From: Firmicutes bacterium UBA5473
GTDB lineage: Bacteria; Bacillota; DTU084
Direction of reading: 5' to 3'
Assembly: GCA_002427165.1 (NCBI GenBank)
Contig: DIQB01000043.1
Location: 7,293-46,541, forward strand
DNA: 39,249 nt
Shown: positions 17,872 to 28,143 of the stretch, in pieces
Layout: each line of letters starts with the position of its first letter
How positions within the stretch are numbered: the first letter of the stretch is position 1
Position numbers and translations under genes: made by a program
Notes under the pieces: generated by a model
The model's input: only the letters and a program-made list of their open reading frames with translations
Database searches by the model: none
What the model was told of the DNA's origin: nothing

Positions 17872-17930
17872 CTTTTTAAAAAGCAGTACTTTCCTCCAAA
17901 GCTTTCGTCATCTGGAGGAAAAGTCCTGCT
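17872..17930 (-). terminator. Rho-independent terminator after ylzJ
   Basis: On the minus strand the roughly 16-bp stem AGCAGGACTTTTCCTCC...GGAGGAAAGTACTGCT is followed by TTTTT. Confidence 0.7.
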
Positions 17931-17950
17931 AAAAAAAGGAAAAATAGAGA

Positions 17951-18154
17951 TTAAATCTGCACCCGGACTCCAGGCTGAAAGCGGGGGTCTAAAAAAGCGC
18001 GAGGGTCTGTGCTGATCACCCTTGCTATTGTCCCCCAGCCCGGAGAGGTCTCTTCAACCTGAAGCTGCACTCCCCCAAGCTCTAGCTCCCGATAGCCACC
18101 CTCCTCTTCCTCCTGAAAGATAACATCCAGGGGCATCACTGTGTATAACATCAC
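17951..18154 (-). CDS. ylzJ: YlzJ-like small protein
   Basis: 67 aa. It overlaps the tepA stop by 4 nt (ATGA), the same pairing as tepA-ylzJ in B. subtilis. Confidence 0.55.
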   Translation of the reverse strand: MMLYTVMPLDVIFQEEEEGGYRELELGGVQLQVEETSPGWGTIARVISTDPRAFLDPRFQPGVRVQI

Positions 18155-18912
18155 TGAAGCACCTCGCTGCCTTCTGCTTCTTGCTGTTGGATCAGCTCTT
18201 GGAGTTTGTTTAGAGCCTGCCCCACTCCCCCCACCTGGTCGATGATCCCCTCTGCCACAGCCTCTTTGCCAATGAGGACCGTGCCCACATCCCGCACCAA
18301 TTCACCGGTTCGAAACATTAACTCCCGGAAGCGTTCCTCTGCAATTCCTGAATTACCCACCACGAATTTAGTTACGCGTTCCTGCATCTTCTCTAGGTAT
18401 TCGTAAGTCTGGGGTACGCTGATCACCATCCCGGTGAGACGGATGGGATGGATAGTCATGGTGGCGGTTTCAGCGATATAAGAATAGTTAGTGGAACAAG
18501 CTATGGGAACACCGATGGAATGCCCTCCACCCAAAACCAGAGAGACTGAAGGCTTAGGCAGACTTTTGATCATTTCAGCGATGGCAAGGCCAGCCTCAAT
18601 GTCGCCACCTACAGTATTTAAAACCACAAGCAGGCCCTTGATGGTTTTGCTTTGGGCGATGGCCACAAGTTGCGGGATCAGATGTTCATATTTGGTGGTT
18701 TTGTTTTTAGGCGGGAGAATAATATGTCCTTCAATCTGACCGACTATGGTCATGCAGTGGAAGTTTAGATCGGGCTCCTGGGGAGGCATAGGCATTTGCC
18801 CTAGTTGTGTGATGGTATCAAGGGGCTTTTGCGGTTCCTCAACTTGGGGTTGCTCTGCATGCAAAGGCTCCTTGAATAAAGGTGGGAAGTCCCCCTTGTT
18901 TTGTGAAGACAT
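18151..18912 (-). CDS. tepA: ClpP-fold protein, translocation-enhancing protein TepA family
   Basis: 253 aa. IVGQIEGH...KTTKYEH...[18 protein letters not shown] is the TepA/ClpP-like core. Confidence 0.8.
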   Translation of the reverse strand: MSSQNKGDFPPLFKEPLHAEQPQVEEPQKPLDTITQLGQMPMPPQEPDLNFHCMTIVGQIEGHIILPPKNKTTKYEHLIPQLVAIAQSKTIKGLLVVLNTVGGDIEAGLAIAEMIKSLPKPSVSLVLGGGHSIGVPIACSTNYSYIAETATMTIHPIRLTGMVISVPQTYEYLEKMQERVTKFVVGNSGIAEERFRELMFRTGELVRDVGTVLIGKEAVAEGIIDQVGGVGQALNKLQELIQQQEAEGSEVLQ

Positions 18913-18988
18913 TTAGTAACCTCCTATCTGGTGGTTACTCTTAGTCTCCCATAGGGGATAGCGGCTAATTCCGGTAGTTATTGGCAGT

Positions 18989-19651
18989 TTAATCTTGGGC
19001 GAGCAATCCCATCCTTTGGGCAAGTAAAGCTGCCTGGGTGCGATCGGGCACCTCTAACTTACGAAGAATATTGCTCACATGGTTCTTCACTGTCCGCGGG
19101 CTAATAAAGAGGGCCTCTGCGATCTCGGGGTTGGTTTGCCCCTGAGCAACCAAACCTAACACCTGCCGCTCCCTTTGGCTTAAGGAATCCCAGCCTCCCT
19201 CATTTTCCACCACTCCCTTTTTATTCAGAAGCCCAGCCACCTCTGCCAATAGTTCATTTAAGAAGCGTGGCGGAAGATAGGCACCGCCTCCAGCTACGAT
19301 GCGAATAGCACCAATAATTTGCTTAGGATTGACGTCCTTCAGGAGAAAGGCACGAGCGCCAACTCTGATGGCCTCCATTAGGTAGCCAAGATCATCATGC
19401 ATAGTGAGAGCAATAACCTTTACTTCAGGATAGAGCTGAGTTATCTCTTCAGTAGCAGCGATTCCTCCTTTGCCAGGCATACTCAGGTCCATAATCACAA
19501 CTTGGGGGGAGAGCTCTGCCACCAAAGTCATAGCTTCCTCGCCTGTGGCTGCCTCTCCTACTATTTTTAAATCTGGTTCCAGCTCAACAAACTTTCGAAG
19601 TCCTTCACGCACCAGTGCATGATCATCGGCAATCAAAAGTGAAATTGGCAT
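18989..19651 (-). CDS. degU: NarL/LuxR-family response regulator, DegU-like
   Basis: 220 aa. It has a receiver domain (LIADDH...IMDLSMPG) and a C-terminal LuxR HTH (LSQRERQVL...EIAEALFISPRTVKNHV). Confidence 0.85.
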   Translation of the reverse strand: MPISLLIADDHALVREGLRKFVELEPDLKIVGEAATGEEAMTLVAELSPQVVIMDLSMPGKGGIAATEEITQLYPEVKVIALTMHDDLGYLMEAIRVGARAFLLKDVNPKQIIGAIRIVAGGGAYLPPRFLNELLAEVAGLLNKKGVVENEGGWDSLSQRERQVLGLVAQGQTNPEIAEALFISPRTVKNHVSNILRKLEVPDRTQAALLAQRMGLLAQD

Positions 19652-19672
19652 CCTGCCATAGCCCCCTCTATT

Positions 19673-20797
19673 TCATTCCTTAAGGATTAGCTCAACTGTG
19701 GTTCCAGCCTGGCCCCGAGCATAAATCGACAGCGAGCCACCAATTAGCTCTGCCCGCTCTCGCATAGTGACTAGGCCGTGGCTATCCTCAGGAATATGTT
19801 CCGGAGTGAAACCGCAGCCCTGATCCGTAATTTGAATTCTGAGGCCCCCAGTTAAGAATTCCATTTTTACTGTTGCATTATTAACTTCGGCATGCTTGGA
19901 CACATTGTTAAGTGCCTCCTGAATAATTCGGTAAACTGCAACCTCTTTCGTGCTACCAAGACGCCTTTCCTCCCCGTGCACTACAAACTCAACTTGAAAA
20001 CCATCATCCTGCTGAAGCCGTTGGAACATCCTCTGCAAGGCAGGGACCATCCCCAAATCATCTAACGCAAAAGGCCTCAGATTGAAGATAATCTTCCTGA
20101 GATCACAAGTTGATTCTCTAACCATCCGCTCCAGGTGAACAAGTTCTTTGCCCAGCCGCTGAGGCTCCAGTTCCAACAGGCGTTGGCATAGCTCTGTGCG
20201 CAGAGAAATTCCTGCTAAGGTTTGCACTGGCCCATCGTGGAGATCCCGGGCAATTCTGCGCCGTTCATCTTCTTGAGCCACGATAATCTTAGCGCCTAGT
20301 TGTTGCCAGTTATCCAACTGCTGCAGTTTTTCATCAACCTGTGTCCAGCTGCCTGTGAGCATTGTTGCGGCCATTCCCATCTGGCTCATGATCACCTCGG
20401 CCCTCTCCACTAGCTCTTCCATATTTGCATTTGTCCGCTCAAGCTCATCACGTCTTCCCCTCAATTCTGCCTCTTTCTGCCTGAGGAGGAGCAGTTCTGT
20501 CTGACAAGCATTTGCCACCTCATAGGCGTGCCTGATCTGCTCTTCACTGTGATTTCTAAAATCCCGGCTCACCTGGGCTAGATGGGTGCGAGCATAGCGG
20601 GTACGCTTTTCAGTTCTATCCACTTCCATAGTGGTCTGGAGGGCTAACTCCTGCAACTCTTTTAATTGGCTCCGTAAACGTTCCATTTCCTGGCGCCCAT
20701 CTTCAGCAATGAGAAAAACTTCCTCCTTGCTATTTACCACTGCTGCAATTGCGTGATCGAGCACCTGATTGAGAGAATCTAGATCTATACCTGCCAA
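19673..20797 (-). CDS. degS: Cytoplasmic sensor histidine kinase, DegS-like
   Basis: 374 aa with no TM segment. The N-terminal coiled coil SKEEVFLIAEDGRQEMERL resembles the DegS sensor domain. The HisKA_3 H-box is RIARDLHDGPVQ, followed by an HATPase domain. The start is TTG. Confidence 0.85.
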   Translation of the reverse strand: MAGIDLDSLNQVLDHAIAAVVNSKEEVFLIAEDGRQEMERLRSQLKELQELALQTTMEVDRTEKRTRYARTHLAQVSRDFRNHSEEQIRHAYEVANACQTELLLLRQKEAELRGRRDELERTNANMEELVERAEVIMSQMGMAATMLTGSWTQVDEKLQQLDNWQQLGAKIIVAQEDERRRIARDLHDGPVQTLAGISLRTELCQRLLELEPQRLGKELVHLERMVRESTCDLRKIIFNLRPFALDDLGMVPALQRMFQRLQQDDGFQVEFVVHGEERRLGSTKEVAVYRIIQEALNNVSKHAEVNNATVKMEFLTGGLRIQITDQGCGFTPEHIPEDSHGLVTMRERAELIGGSLSIYARGQAGTTVELILKE

Positions 20798-20863
20798 CTA
20801 TTTGCGCCCCTTTCTAGGTGTGGTATAATAACAGCAAAAGCCAAAATGCAAGGAGGTAGTAAC

Positions 20864-21778
20864 TTGCTCCCAGAGCTAACTGTTCTTATTCCAACATACA
20901 ACAGGCGCGACATTGTAGCTCGCTGCCTGGCCTCACTGTCCAAACAAACCCTGGCCCCTGAGAAATACGAACTCGTTGTCATCGATGATGGCTCCACAGA
21001 CGACACAGTAGAGATGCTAGAGGGCCTCGATCTCAAGCCTACACTGCGCTGGAAGCGCATCCCGCATGTGGGTCCCTCTGGCGCCCGCAACCGAGGTCTG
21101 GAAATGGCCCAAGGGGAAATTGTGGTCTTTGTGGATAGCGACCTGATTGTCGTGCCAGAGTTTCTCGCCTCGCACCTGGCAGCCCACAGAGCCACTCCAG
21201 AGCAAAAACTAGTTGTCCATGGTCCTGTGATCCACACTACAAATCTGGAAAATCCCCAGACCAAAAAAAATATAATGGATTTTTCCAGAGCCTTTTTCGC
21301 CACAGGCAATGCTTCAGTTTCCTTGGAGGAACTAGTTGCAGCTGGCCTTTTCGATGAGGATTTCAACGAATATGGTTGGGAAGATTTGGAGTTTGGCCTC
21401 AGGCTAAAGAAGCGCGGGCTTGTGGCAAAGAAAGAACCCAAGGCTGTGGGCTATCACTTTAAGCATGAAGTGGGAATGGTGCATTTTAAAGCTCTTTGGC
21501 AACGAGAGCGAGAACGGGGACATATGGCCCTGCTCTATTATCGCAAGCATCCTGTCTTTGGAGTAAAGCTCTCAACCATGCTTGCCTGGCCTTTTTTTCT
21601 GATCGATAGACTCTTGAGCCTCGGTGGCTGGCCCCACTGGCCAGCTACCGAGCGCTTCTTGACTTTTCTGGAGCGAAAGAATTGGCAATGGTTCTTTAAG
21701 TTCTGCTTCTACCTTGCCCTAAACCATGCTTATTTCGATGGGATGCGTGAGGCCCTGCGTCTAGAACGCCGCTCGTAG
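20864..21778 (+). CDS. Family 2 glycosyltransferase
   Basis: [12 protein letters not shown]...IDDGSTDDT...VDSD are GT-A/GT2 motifs. I chose the start TTG at 20864, 7 nt after AAGGAGG. The track ATG at 20846 lies inside that RBS. A TGnTATAAT-like element is at about 20819-20828. Confidence 0.85.
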   Translation: MLPELTVLIPTYNRRDIVARCLASLSKQTLAPEKYELVVIDDGSTDDTVEMLEGLDLKPTLRWKRIPHVGPSGARNRGLEMAQGEIVVFVDSDLIVVPEFLASHLAAHRATPEQKLVVHGPVIHTTNLENPQTKKNIMDFSRAFFATGNASVSLEELVAAGLFDEDFNEYGWEDLEFGLRLKKRGLVAKKEPKAVGYHFKHEVGMVHFKALWQRERERGHMALLYYRKHPVFGVKLSTMLAWPFFLIDRLLSLGGWPHWPATERFLTFLERKNWQWFFKFCFYLALNHAYFDGMREALRLERRS

Positions 21779-22939
21779 GGTTTCAGCCCGATCTGTCCGC
21801 TCCCAGGGTAGATCTAGGTCCAACCGCCCAAAGTGCCCATAGGCTGCAACCTGTTTGTAAATGGGCCTTCTCAGATCTAGCTCCCGAATAATCACAGCTG
21901 GCCTCAGATCGAAGTGCTTGTCCACAAGTTTTTCAAGTTGTCTGTCACTAACCTTGCCTGTGCCGAAGGTGTCTATTCCAATCTGGACGGGTCTAGCAAC
22001 TCCGATGGCATAGGCCAGCTGCACTTCGCAGCGATCTGCAAGGCCTGCAGCCACGATATTTTTGGCCACATAACGTGCTGCGTAGGAGGCGGAACGGTCC
22101 ACCTTTGTAGGATCCTTACCTGAGAAAGCGCCTCCTCCGTGGCGGGCCATGCCACCATATGTATCAACAATAATCTTGCGGCCAGTAAGGCCTGAGTCCC
22201 CTTGGGGTCCTCCCACCACAAACCTGCCTGTGGGGTTAACCAAAAATCTAGTCTCCTCATCCACAAGTTCCGCTGGGAGAATTGGCTTTGCTACATGTTC
22301 CTTAAAATCAGCAAAGATCTGCTCATGCTCAACTTCGGGGCCATGCTGGGAGGAGAGGATTACGGTATTAATCCTTACAGGCCTGTCCCCTTCATATTCC
22401 ACAGTTACCTGGCTTTTGCCATCAGGCCTCAGATAGGAGAGGATTCCCTCCTTCCGCACCTCAGACAAACGCTTGGCTAGCTTATGGGCTAAAGAGATAG
22501 GCAGCGGCATCAACTCTGGTGTCTCTACTGTTGCATAACCAAACATCAGCCCTTGGTCTCCTGCCCCCAGATCGGAATCTGTGCTCTCCCCTAGCCGGTC
22601 TTCTAAAGCATTGTTCACACCTAAAGCAATATCTGCTGATTGCTCATCGATGGCTGTAATAACACCGCATGTCTCGCCATCGAAGCCATATTTAGCTCTA
22701 GTATAGCCGATCTGGCAGATAGTGTCGCGAACCACTTTGGGAATATCAACATAAGTACCACAGGTGATCTCCCCCATCACCAGCACAAGCCCCGTGGTTA
22801 CTGCCACCTCGCAGGCAACCCGAGCCTGGGGATCACCCTTTAACATTTCATCCAAAATTGCATCGGAAATCTGATCACAGATCTTATCTGGATGTCCCTC
22901 TGTTACAGATTCCGAGGTAAATAACTTTCGCTCACTCAT
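21761..22939 (-). CDS. metK: S-adenosylmethionine synthetase
   Basis: It starts at [26 protein letters not shown] (ATG 22937-22939, AAAGGAG upstream). GAGDQG and GGGAFSGKD motifs are present. The track start at 23023 would read through the riboswitch. Confidence 0.97.
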   Translation of the reverse strand: MSERKLFTSESVTEGHPDKICDQISDAILDEMLKGDPQARVACEVAVTTGLVLVMGEITCGTYVDIPKVVRDTICQIGYTRAKYGFDGETCGVITAIDEQSADIALGVNNALEDRLGESTDSDLGAGDQGLMFGYATVETPELMPLPISLAHKLAKRLSEVRKEGILSYLRPDGKSQVTVEYEGDRPVRINTVILSSQHGPEVEHEQIFADFKEHVAKPILPAELVDEETRFLVNPTGRFVVGGPQGDSGLTGRKIIVDTYGGMARHGGGAFSGKDPTKVDRSASYAARYVAKNIVAAGLADRCEVQLAYAIGVARPVQIGIDTFGTGKVSDRQLEKLVDKHFDLRPAVIIRELDLRRPIYKQVAAYGHFGRLDLDLPWERTDRAETLRAAF

Positions 22940-22961
22940 TCTTGGTAGCTCCTTTCTTAAA

Positions 22962-23107
22962 TAAAAAACCTCTTCCAGCTTCTGAAAGAGGTTCGCGCAA
23001 AAAAATGCGCTCTCATCTTCCACCTATCCTGCAGGAATTGGCACCTTGGCATTGCCAGGTTGCCGAGGTTTCACAGGGCCTGTCCCTCCACCTCTCTGGA
23101 TAAGAGC
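22962..23107 (-). promoter_or_regulatory. SAM-I (S-box) riboswitch with terminator expression platform
   Basis: The minus-strand aptamer (23009-23107) reads GCTCTTATCCAGAGAGGTGGAGGGACAGGCCCTGTGAAACCTCGGCAACC...GGTGCCAATTCCTGCAGG...GAAGATGAGAGC, which matches the S-box core. The terminator GAACCTCTT...AAGAGGTTTTTT is at 22962-22994. Confidence 0.9.
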
Positions 23108-23129
23108 AGTTAAATATTTTATTTTCCTT

Positions 23130-23158
23130 ATAATAACACTTTCAATGTAGCAAGTCAA
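23130..23158 (-). promoter_or_regulatory. Candidate sigma-A promoter of the S-box/metK unit
   Basis: On the minus strand TTGACT, a 17-nt spacer and TATTAT end about 22 nt upstream of the riboswitch P1. Confidence 0.6.
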
Positions 23159-23388
23159 GAAAACAGTTTGCTACGCTGTCACAGTAGGAGATGAATATAC
23201 TTCGGTACTCAGACAATTGATCTTTCTAATGCTCTAGATTTGCAACATGTGTTGATTTTGCAGATATTACTGCAAAGATCATATGAAAAAAGGAGTGACT
23301 GCACTCAATCAGTTGCCTATCAATATTTGAAGTGATGAAAACAAGGTATAAGCTGGGTCCCAGTATATTAGTTCCCTCTATATCAAAA

Positions 23389-23430
23389 GCACTCCCCTTC
23401 CTTCACCCCGGGGTGGAGGAAGGGGAGTGC
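23389..23430. terminator. 42-nt near-perfect palindrome; probable bidirectional terminator
   Basis: GCACTCCCCTTCCTTCACCCC/GGGGTGGAGGAAGGGGAGTGC has one G-T wobble in 21 pairs. T-runs flank it on both strands. It lies 13 nt past the stop of the 23443-23925 ORF. Confidence 0.7.
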
Positions 23431-23442
23431 TTTTATAATTGG

Positions 23443-23925
23443 CTAGCTGGCTTTTCCCAACTCTCTGTCGAGTCTGCGCCTTAACAATTCAATTTCTACC
23501 GTATGTTCACCTAAAACTTCTAAAACAGCACTCTGATACGGGTTCAGCCTGATTATTTCCTGATTTTGATCAGATTTTGCTTCCAGTTGTAACAACTCTA
23601 CTCTGGCTTGCAAATTGCAAATCTGTCCCTCTATTTTCTCAACTTTTGCCTCTATCTGGGACAATCTAGTTTCAACATCAAAGGAACGTTCCTCAATATC
23701 TACAGCATCCGCAAGTCGAACATCAATGCCTTTGAGTCTAATTCCCAAGTTCACAAGCCTAGCTACAACTTCCGCAAACTTGGCATCAACTTTTGGTCGA
23801 AAGCTTTTCAGCTCTTCTTCTAGCCTATCAAACCTTTTTCCTGTCTGTTCACGAAATGACGAAAATTCATCGGCCAACGTTCCTAGCCGGGAGGCAATAG
23901 ATTCCAGTAGCTGCCTGTCTGTCAA
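23443..23925 (-). CDS. Hypothetical coiled-coil protein (160 aa)
   Basis: The ORF is open with a TTG start and AGAGGGAG about 10 nt upstream. The sequence is heptad-like and E/L/R-rich throughout. I recognise no family or catalytic motif. Confidence 0.4.
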   Translation of the reverse strand: MTDRQLLESIASRLGTLADEFSSFREQTGKRFDRLEEELKSFRPKVDAKFAEVVARLVNLGIRLKGIDVRLADAVDIEERSFDVETRLSQIEAKVEKIEGQICNLQARVELLQLEAKSDQNQEIIRLNPYQSAVLEVLGEHTVEIELLRRRLDRELGKAS

Positions 23926-24044
23926 TACCCATCAACTCCCTCTTTTTTATGGGCCTATCTCCGCTATGAAATTCGCACCGCTATGTTGCCCATATTCAAA
24001 ATTCGAGAGGGCTTGTGGGATCTCCTGCCAAGTTGCAGAGATTT

Positions 24045-25856
24045 TCATGCTAATGCTTGATTGGTTGTTGCCAGATTATGGTAAAAACCACGAGCCTCGA
24101 GGAGCTCATCGTGGGTTCCCCGCTCAATAATTTCCCCATGATTAATTACCAAAATCTCATCAGCATCCCGGATCGTGCTGAGCCTATGAGCAATGATAAA
24201 GCTTGTGCGACCCTGCATCAGCTTTTCCATGGCCTCTTGCAGATGCATCTCTGTACGGGTATCAACACTGCTGGTGGCCTCATCTAAAATCAGAATTGCA
24301 GGATCTGCTAAAATTGCTCGAGCAATAGTGAGAAGCTGACGTTGTCCCTGGCTCAGATTCCCACCCTCCTCAGATAAGATCGTATCGTAGCCTTGAGGAA
24401 GCCTCTGAATAAAACCATGGGCGTTTGCCATTTTCGCTGCCTCCTCCACCTGTTCGTCTGAGGCAGCGAGCCTACCGTAGCGAATGTTCTCCCTCACTGT
24501 ATCAGAAAAAAGATAAGCATCCTGCAGCACAACCCCCAAAGATTCCCGGAGGCGATCTTTGCTCATGGTTTTAATCTCCTGGCCATCTAAAAGAATGCTC
24601 CCTGTATCCACCTCATAGAAGCGAGTGAGGAGGTTAATAATTGTGGTCTTCCCGGCACCTGTTGGCCCCACAAGGGCAATTCTCTGCCCTGGGCGCGCCT
24701 GCAAATTAATCTTCTTAAGCACGGGCTCTCCTGCCCGATAGCCAAAAGATACATCCCGAAACTCCACTTCCCCCAAAATTGTGTCGGGCCGATGTGCACC
24801 GTCTTTGGCTTCTGCCTCCTCATCCATAATTTCAAACACCCGCTCAGCCCCAGCGAGGCCAGACTGAATCAGGTTAAACTGATTTGCCAGCTCATTTATG
24901 GGACGGGCAAACTGGCGGGAATAGTTCAAGAAGCTCGCGATCACACCTACGGAGAGGGAACCTTTGATGGCCAGCCAGCCGCCAGAGCCTGCAACCAAGG
25001 CAAAACTCAGGTTATTGACAACCAGCATCAAAGGTGGAATTAGCCCTGAAAAAATCTGGGCCCGAATCCCCACATCACGCAAATTATTATTCAGCTGGTC
25101 AAACTCCTCTTGGGCCCTTCTTTCGCGACTGAAAGCCTTCACAATTCGCTGCCCTGTTATTGTCTCCTCAATGTACCCATTGAGCTGGCCTAGCTGCGTT
25201 TGCTGGGCCCCGAAGTACTTGCGGGTGTGGGCTGCAATCTTGGCTGTGAGAAAAATACCAAGGGGAATTGACACTAGACTCAGACCTGTGAGCAAGGGAC
25301 TGAGCCAGATCATCATCCCCAAAGAGCCCAAAACTGTAATCGTACTTGAAAAAAATTGCGTAATGCTTTGGTTCAGCGTGTTATTAATAACCTCCACATC
25401 ATTTGTCAGCCTGCTCATCAACTCCCCATGGGGCCTGGCATCGAAATAAACCAAAGGTAGGGTCTGGAGCTTAGCAAAGAGCTCTTCCCGTAGCTGCCGC
25501 ACAGTATTTTGGGAAACCGCTGCCATCAGATAGGTCTGCAGCCAGGTAAAAAGTGCACTGATGCTGTAGATTAAAAGGAGCGAGAGCGCGATCTGCCACA
25601 AACGCTGAAAATCAACTGCACCCCTGCCCCCTGCCATGGCATCAATCCCCCGACCAATAAAATAGGGTCCCATCAATGACAGGGCTGAACTTGTCAATAC
25701 CAACAGAAAAACAACTATCAGTTCTCTTTTTTGTTTGCCTAAAAAAAACCACAGTCTCCTGAATGTGCCCTTAAAATCCCGTGCCTTACCCCCAGGGCCC
25801 AAGAGCCCTCTGTGCCGTCCACCGCGAAAGCCCAAAGGAGGCCTTTGCCTTGACAT
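24045..25856 (-). CDS. ABC exporter, fused permease/ATPase subunit (second half of a heterodimer)
   Basis: I chose the start at MSRQRPPLGF. Its ATG overlaps the upstream stop by 1 nt (TAATG). It has six TM helices followed by GPTGAGKTT, LSQGQRQ and ILILDEATS. Confidence 0.9.
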   Translation of the reverse strand: MSRQRPPLGFRGGRHRGLLGPGGKARDFKGTFRRLWFFLGKQKRELIVVFLLVLTSSALSLMGPYFIGRGIDAMAGGRGAVDFQRLWQIALSLLLIYSISALFTWLQTYLMAAVSQNTVRQLREELFAKLQTLPLVYFDARPHGELMSRLTNDVEVINNTLNQSITQFFSSTITVLGSLGMMIWLSPLLTGLSLVSIPLGIFLTAKIAAHTRKYFGAQQTQLGQLNGYIEETITGQRIVKAFSRERRAQEEFDQLNNNLRDVGIRAQIFSGLIPPLMLVVNNLSFALVAGSGGWLAIKGSLSVGVIASFLNYSRQFARPINELANQFNLIQSGLAGAERVFEIMDEEAEAKDGAHRPDTILGEVEFRDVSFGYRAGEPVLKKINLQARPGQRIALVGPTGAGKTTIINLLTRFYEVDTGSILLDGQEIKTMSKDRLRESLGVVLQDAYLFSDTVRENIRYGRLAASDEQVEEAAKMANAHGFIQRLPQGYDTILSEEGGNLSQGQRQLLTIARAILADPAILILDEATSSVDTRTEMHLQEAMEKLMQGRTSFIIAHRLSTIRDADEILVINHGEIIERGTHDELLEARGFYHNLATTNQALA

Positions 25857-27580
25857 TAAACCGCCTCCTCTCCCAGCTGTGATCTGCAAATCTCCCTGTA
25901 GGCGGGGCTTTCCTCCAGAAGCTCTGGGTGGCTTCCCATAGCTGAAATCCGCCCCTCTTCCAAAACAATAATTTTATCCGCCTCCAGGACGCTGCTGATC
26001 CGCTGCGCGATGATAAACGTAGTCTGCTTCTGTGGTCTTCCTCGCAACGCCTCCTGGATTCGAGCCTCAGTGCCAAGATCAACTGCACTGGTACTGTCGT
26101 CGAGGATTAAAATTTGCGGCTTTTTCAAAAGAGCCCTGGCAATAGCCAGCCGCTGCTTCTGCCCGCCTGAAAGATTTACTCCCCTCTGGCCCAAGATGGT
26201 ATCGTAGCCTAGGGGAAAACTCATGATAAAATCATGTGCCTGCGCCGCTTTCGCCGCAGCTATAACCTCATCGGCTGTGGCCTCCTCCCTGCCCCAACGG
26301 ATGTTTTCGGCGATGGTGCCTGAAAAGAGAATAGACTCTTGAGACACAAGACCAATCTTTTGCCGTAGTGTCATTAGCTCTAGATCCCGCACATCCACCC
26401 CATCCACCAGCAGGCTGCCCTCTGAAACATCATAAAATCTCGAGATAAGATTGACCAGTGTAGTTTTGCCAGCACCTGTGGTGCCCAAGATAGCAACCCT
26501 CTCACCTGGCTTGGCAATAAATGAGACCTCCTCCAGCACAGGCTTGCTCCCGGGCCTGTATTGAAAAGAGACATTCCGAAACTCCACCTGTCCCCCAGGA
26601 CCCGCTGGGTCCTGGGGGAAGGCTGGATCTACAATCTGGGGCTTGGTCTCTAAGACCTCTGCCACCCTTAGGGCTGATGCTTTAGCCCTGGAGACCATCA
26701 TCAGCATAAACGCCACCATCATCAGGGAAAAAAGGATTTGCGTCAGGTAGTTGATGAAAGCCATTACCTGCCCTACCTGCATCTGCCCCTGATCCACTTT
26801 CAGGCCCCCAAACCAAATAACAGCCACAATACTCAGGTTCATGATCAAGAAAATAGCAGGCATCATCAGGCCCACCACCCTTTGCGCCTGGATCCCAGTG
26901 GCTGCTAGCTCACCGTTTGCTTGCCGAAACCTTTCATTTTCGTAATCTGCCCGTACAAAGGCCTTCACTACCCTAACTCCTGAGAGATTCTCCCCGATTA
27001 CGCTATTTACCCCATCAAGCTTCCTCTGTACAGTAGCAAATAGGGGAAATCCCTTTTTCAGTACCACAGCGAGAATCACAACCATCAACGGCACTGCGAT
27101 CAAGAGCACCGATGCCAAGCTGGGATTAATATAGAGAGCCATGATGATCCCGCCTATAGAGAGCAGTGGCGCCCGGACCATGATCCTCTGCATGGCCAAA
27201 ACCACGCCTTGCAACTGGGTAACGTCGTTTGTAAGGCGAGTGATCAAAGATGCTGTCTTAAACTGATCTAAGTTAGCAAAGGACAAAGACTGCACCTTGG
27301 CAAACAAACCCGAGCGTAGATCTGTGCCGAAATTCTGGGAAACAATGCTGGCAAAATAGGTGCAGCCCATCCCCCCTAGCACACCCACCAAAGCCGCACC
27401 AATCATCAGGGCCCCAGTGCGGAGGATCAAAGATAGATCTCCCCCTTGAATTCCCAGATCCACGATCCTTGCCATGAGGATGGGTTGGGCTAGGTCTGCT
27501 GCCACCTCCAGAAGCAACAGGGAAGGTGCCAGTAGGGCTGCACGCCAGTAAGGTTTGAGGTAGGCAAAAAGTTTTCTCAA
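25856..27580 (-). CDS. ABC exporter, fused permease/ATPase subunit (first half of a heterodimer)
   Basis: 574 aa. A TM domain is followed by GTTGAGKTT, LSGGQKQR and ILILDDSTS. Confidence 0.9.
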   Translation of the reverse strand: MRKLFAYLKPYWRAALLAPSLLLLEVAADLAQPILMARIVDLGIQGGDLSLILRTGALMIGAALVGVLGGMGCTYFASIVSQNFGTDLRSGLFAKVQSLSFANLDQFKTASLITRLTNDVTQLQGVVLAMQRIMVRAPLLSIGGIIMALYINPSLASVLLIAVPLMVVILAVVLKKGFPLFATVQRKLDGVNSVIGENLSGVRVVKAFVRADYENERFRQANGELAATGIQAQRVVGLMMPAIFLIMNLSIVAVIWFGGLKVDQGQMQVGQVMAFINYLTQILFSLMMVAFMLMMVSRAKASALRVAEVLETKPQIVDPAFPQDPAGPGGQVEFRNVSFQYRPGSKPVLEEVSFIAKPGERVAILGTTGAGKTTLVNLISRFYDVSEGSLLVDGVDVRDLELMTLRQKIGLVSQESILFSGTIAENIRWGREEATADEVIAAAKAAQAHDFIMSFPLGYDTILGQRGVNLSGGQKQRLAIARALLKKPQILILDDSTSAVDLGTEARIQEALRGRPQKQTTFIIAQRISSVLEADKIIVLEEGRISAMGSHPELLEESPAYREICRSQLGEEAV

Positions 27581-27619
27581 GCAAAATACCCTCCATCTAA
27601 TAATCTCAACAGGCAGAAG

Positions 27620-28051
27620 TTATTCTTTTTTTAAGTTGTCCCGCAGCCGCTGTAGGTAGCCCCTGAGCTGTTCCCGCTCCCTGGAGCTGAAGCCATGGAG
27701 GCTCTCTTGATCTAAAGTTTTGAGAACAGCTTCAACCTGCGGCTGAAGCTGTCTCCCCTTCTCTGTAAGGTAGACCCGGGAGACCCTCAGATCTTCGGTG
27801 TCCACTTTGCGCTGAATAAATCCAGCTCGCTCCATCCGCTGGAGCATCACCGTGATTGTTGCGGGCCGCAGCTGAGTTTTTTCAGCTAACTCCTTTTGTG
27901 TCCTCCCATCCTGCCTCCAGAGGAGATACAAAATCCAAGGCTGGCCTGGATAGAGACCTAGCTGCCCCAAAAGGAAATGTAGCCTTTGGTAATGAAACCT
28001 AACAACCTCGGCAAATAAAAAACCCATTGAAGCTTGTTCATTAAAACCCAT
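27620..28051 (-). CDS. MarR family transcriptional regulator
   Basis: The winged HTH reads QKELAEKTQLRPATITVMLQRMERAGFIQRK. I chose the start at MGFNEQ (ATG 28049-28051) just after GAGGTG. TTG/ATG codons at 28061-28066 are alternatives. Confidence 0.85.
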   Translation of the reverse strand: MGFNEQASMGFLFAEVVRFHYQRLHFLLGQLGLYPGQPWILYLLWRQDGRTQKELAEKTQLRPATITVMLQRMERAGFIQRKVDTEDLRVSRVYLTEKGRQLQPQVEAVLKTLDQESLHGFSSREREQLRGYLQRLRDNLKKE

Positions 28052-28086
28052 TATGCACCTCATCAATTAACCGTTTTAATTTATCG

Positions 28087-28143
28087 ACTTAGTTAGCCGT
28101 CTAAGTTTATTGGTATCATAGCATTGCCAAAGCTTGTAGTCAA
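28087..28143 (-). promoter_or_regulatory. Candidate sigma-A promoter with an inverted-repeat operator for marR and the ABC exporter
   Basis: On the minus strand TTGACT (28138-28143), a 17-nt spacer and TATGAT (28115-28120) are present. Just downstream is the inverted repeat ACTTAG-N8-CTAAGT (28087-28106). Confidence 0.6.

Noticed and set aside
20785-21441. 218-aa minus-strand ORF
   Set aside because: It is fully antisense to the well-supported GT2 glycosyltransferase, has an S/R/P-rich low-complexity translation, and would overlap the degS start.
22940-23023. N-terminal extension of the metK ORF (track start 23023, [13 protein letters not shown]...)
   Set aside because: The extension is translated from the S-box riboswitch terminator and aptamer region. 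The conserved MetK N-terminus begins at the ATG at 22939, which has a proper SD.
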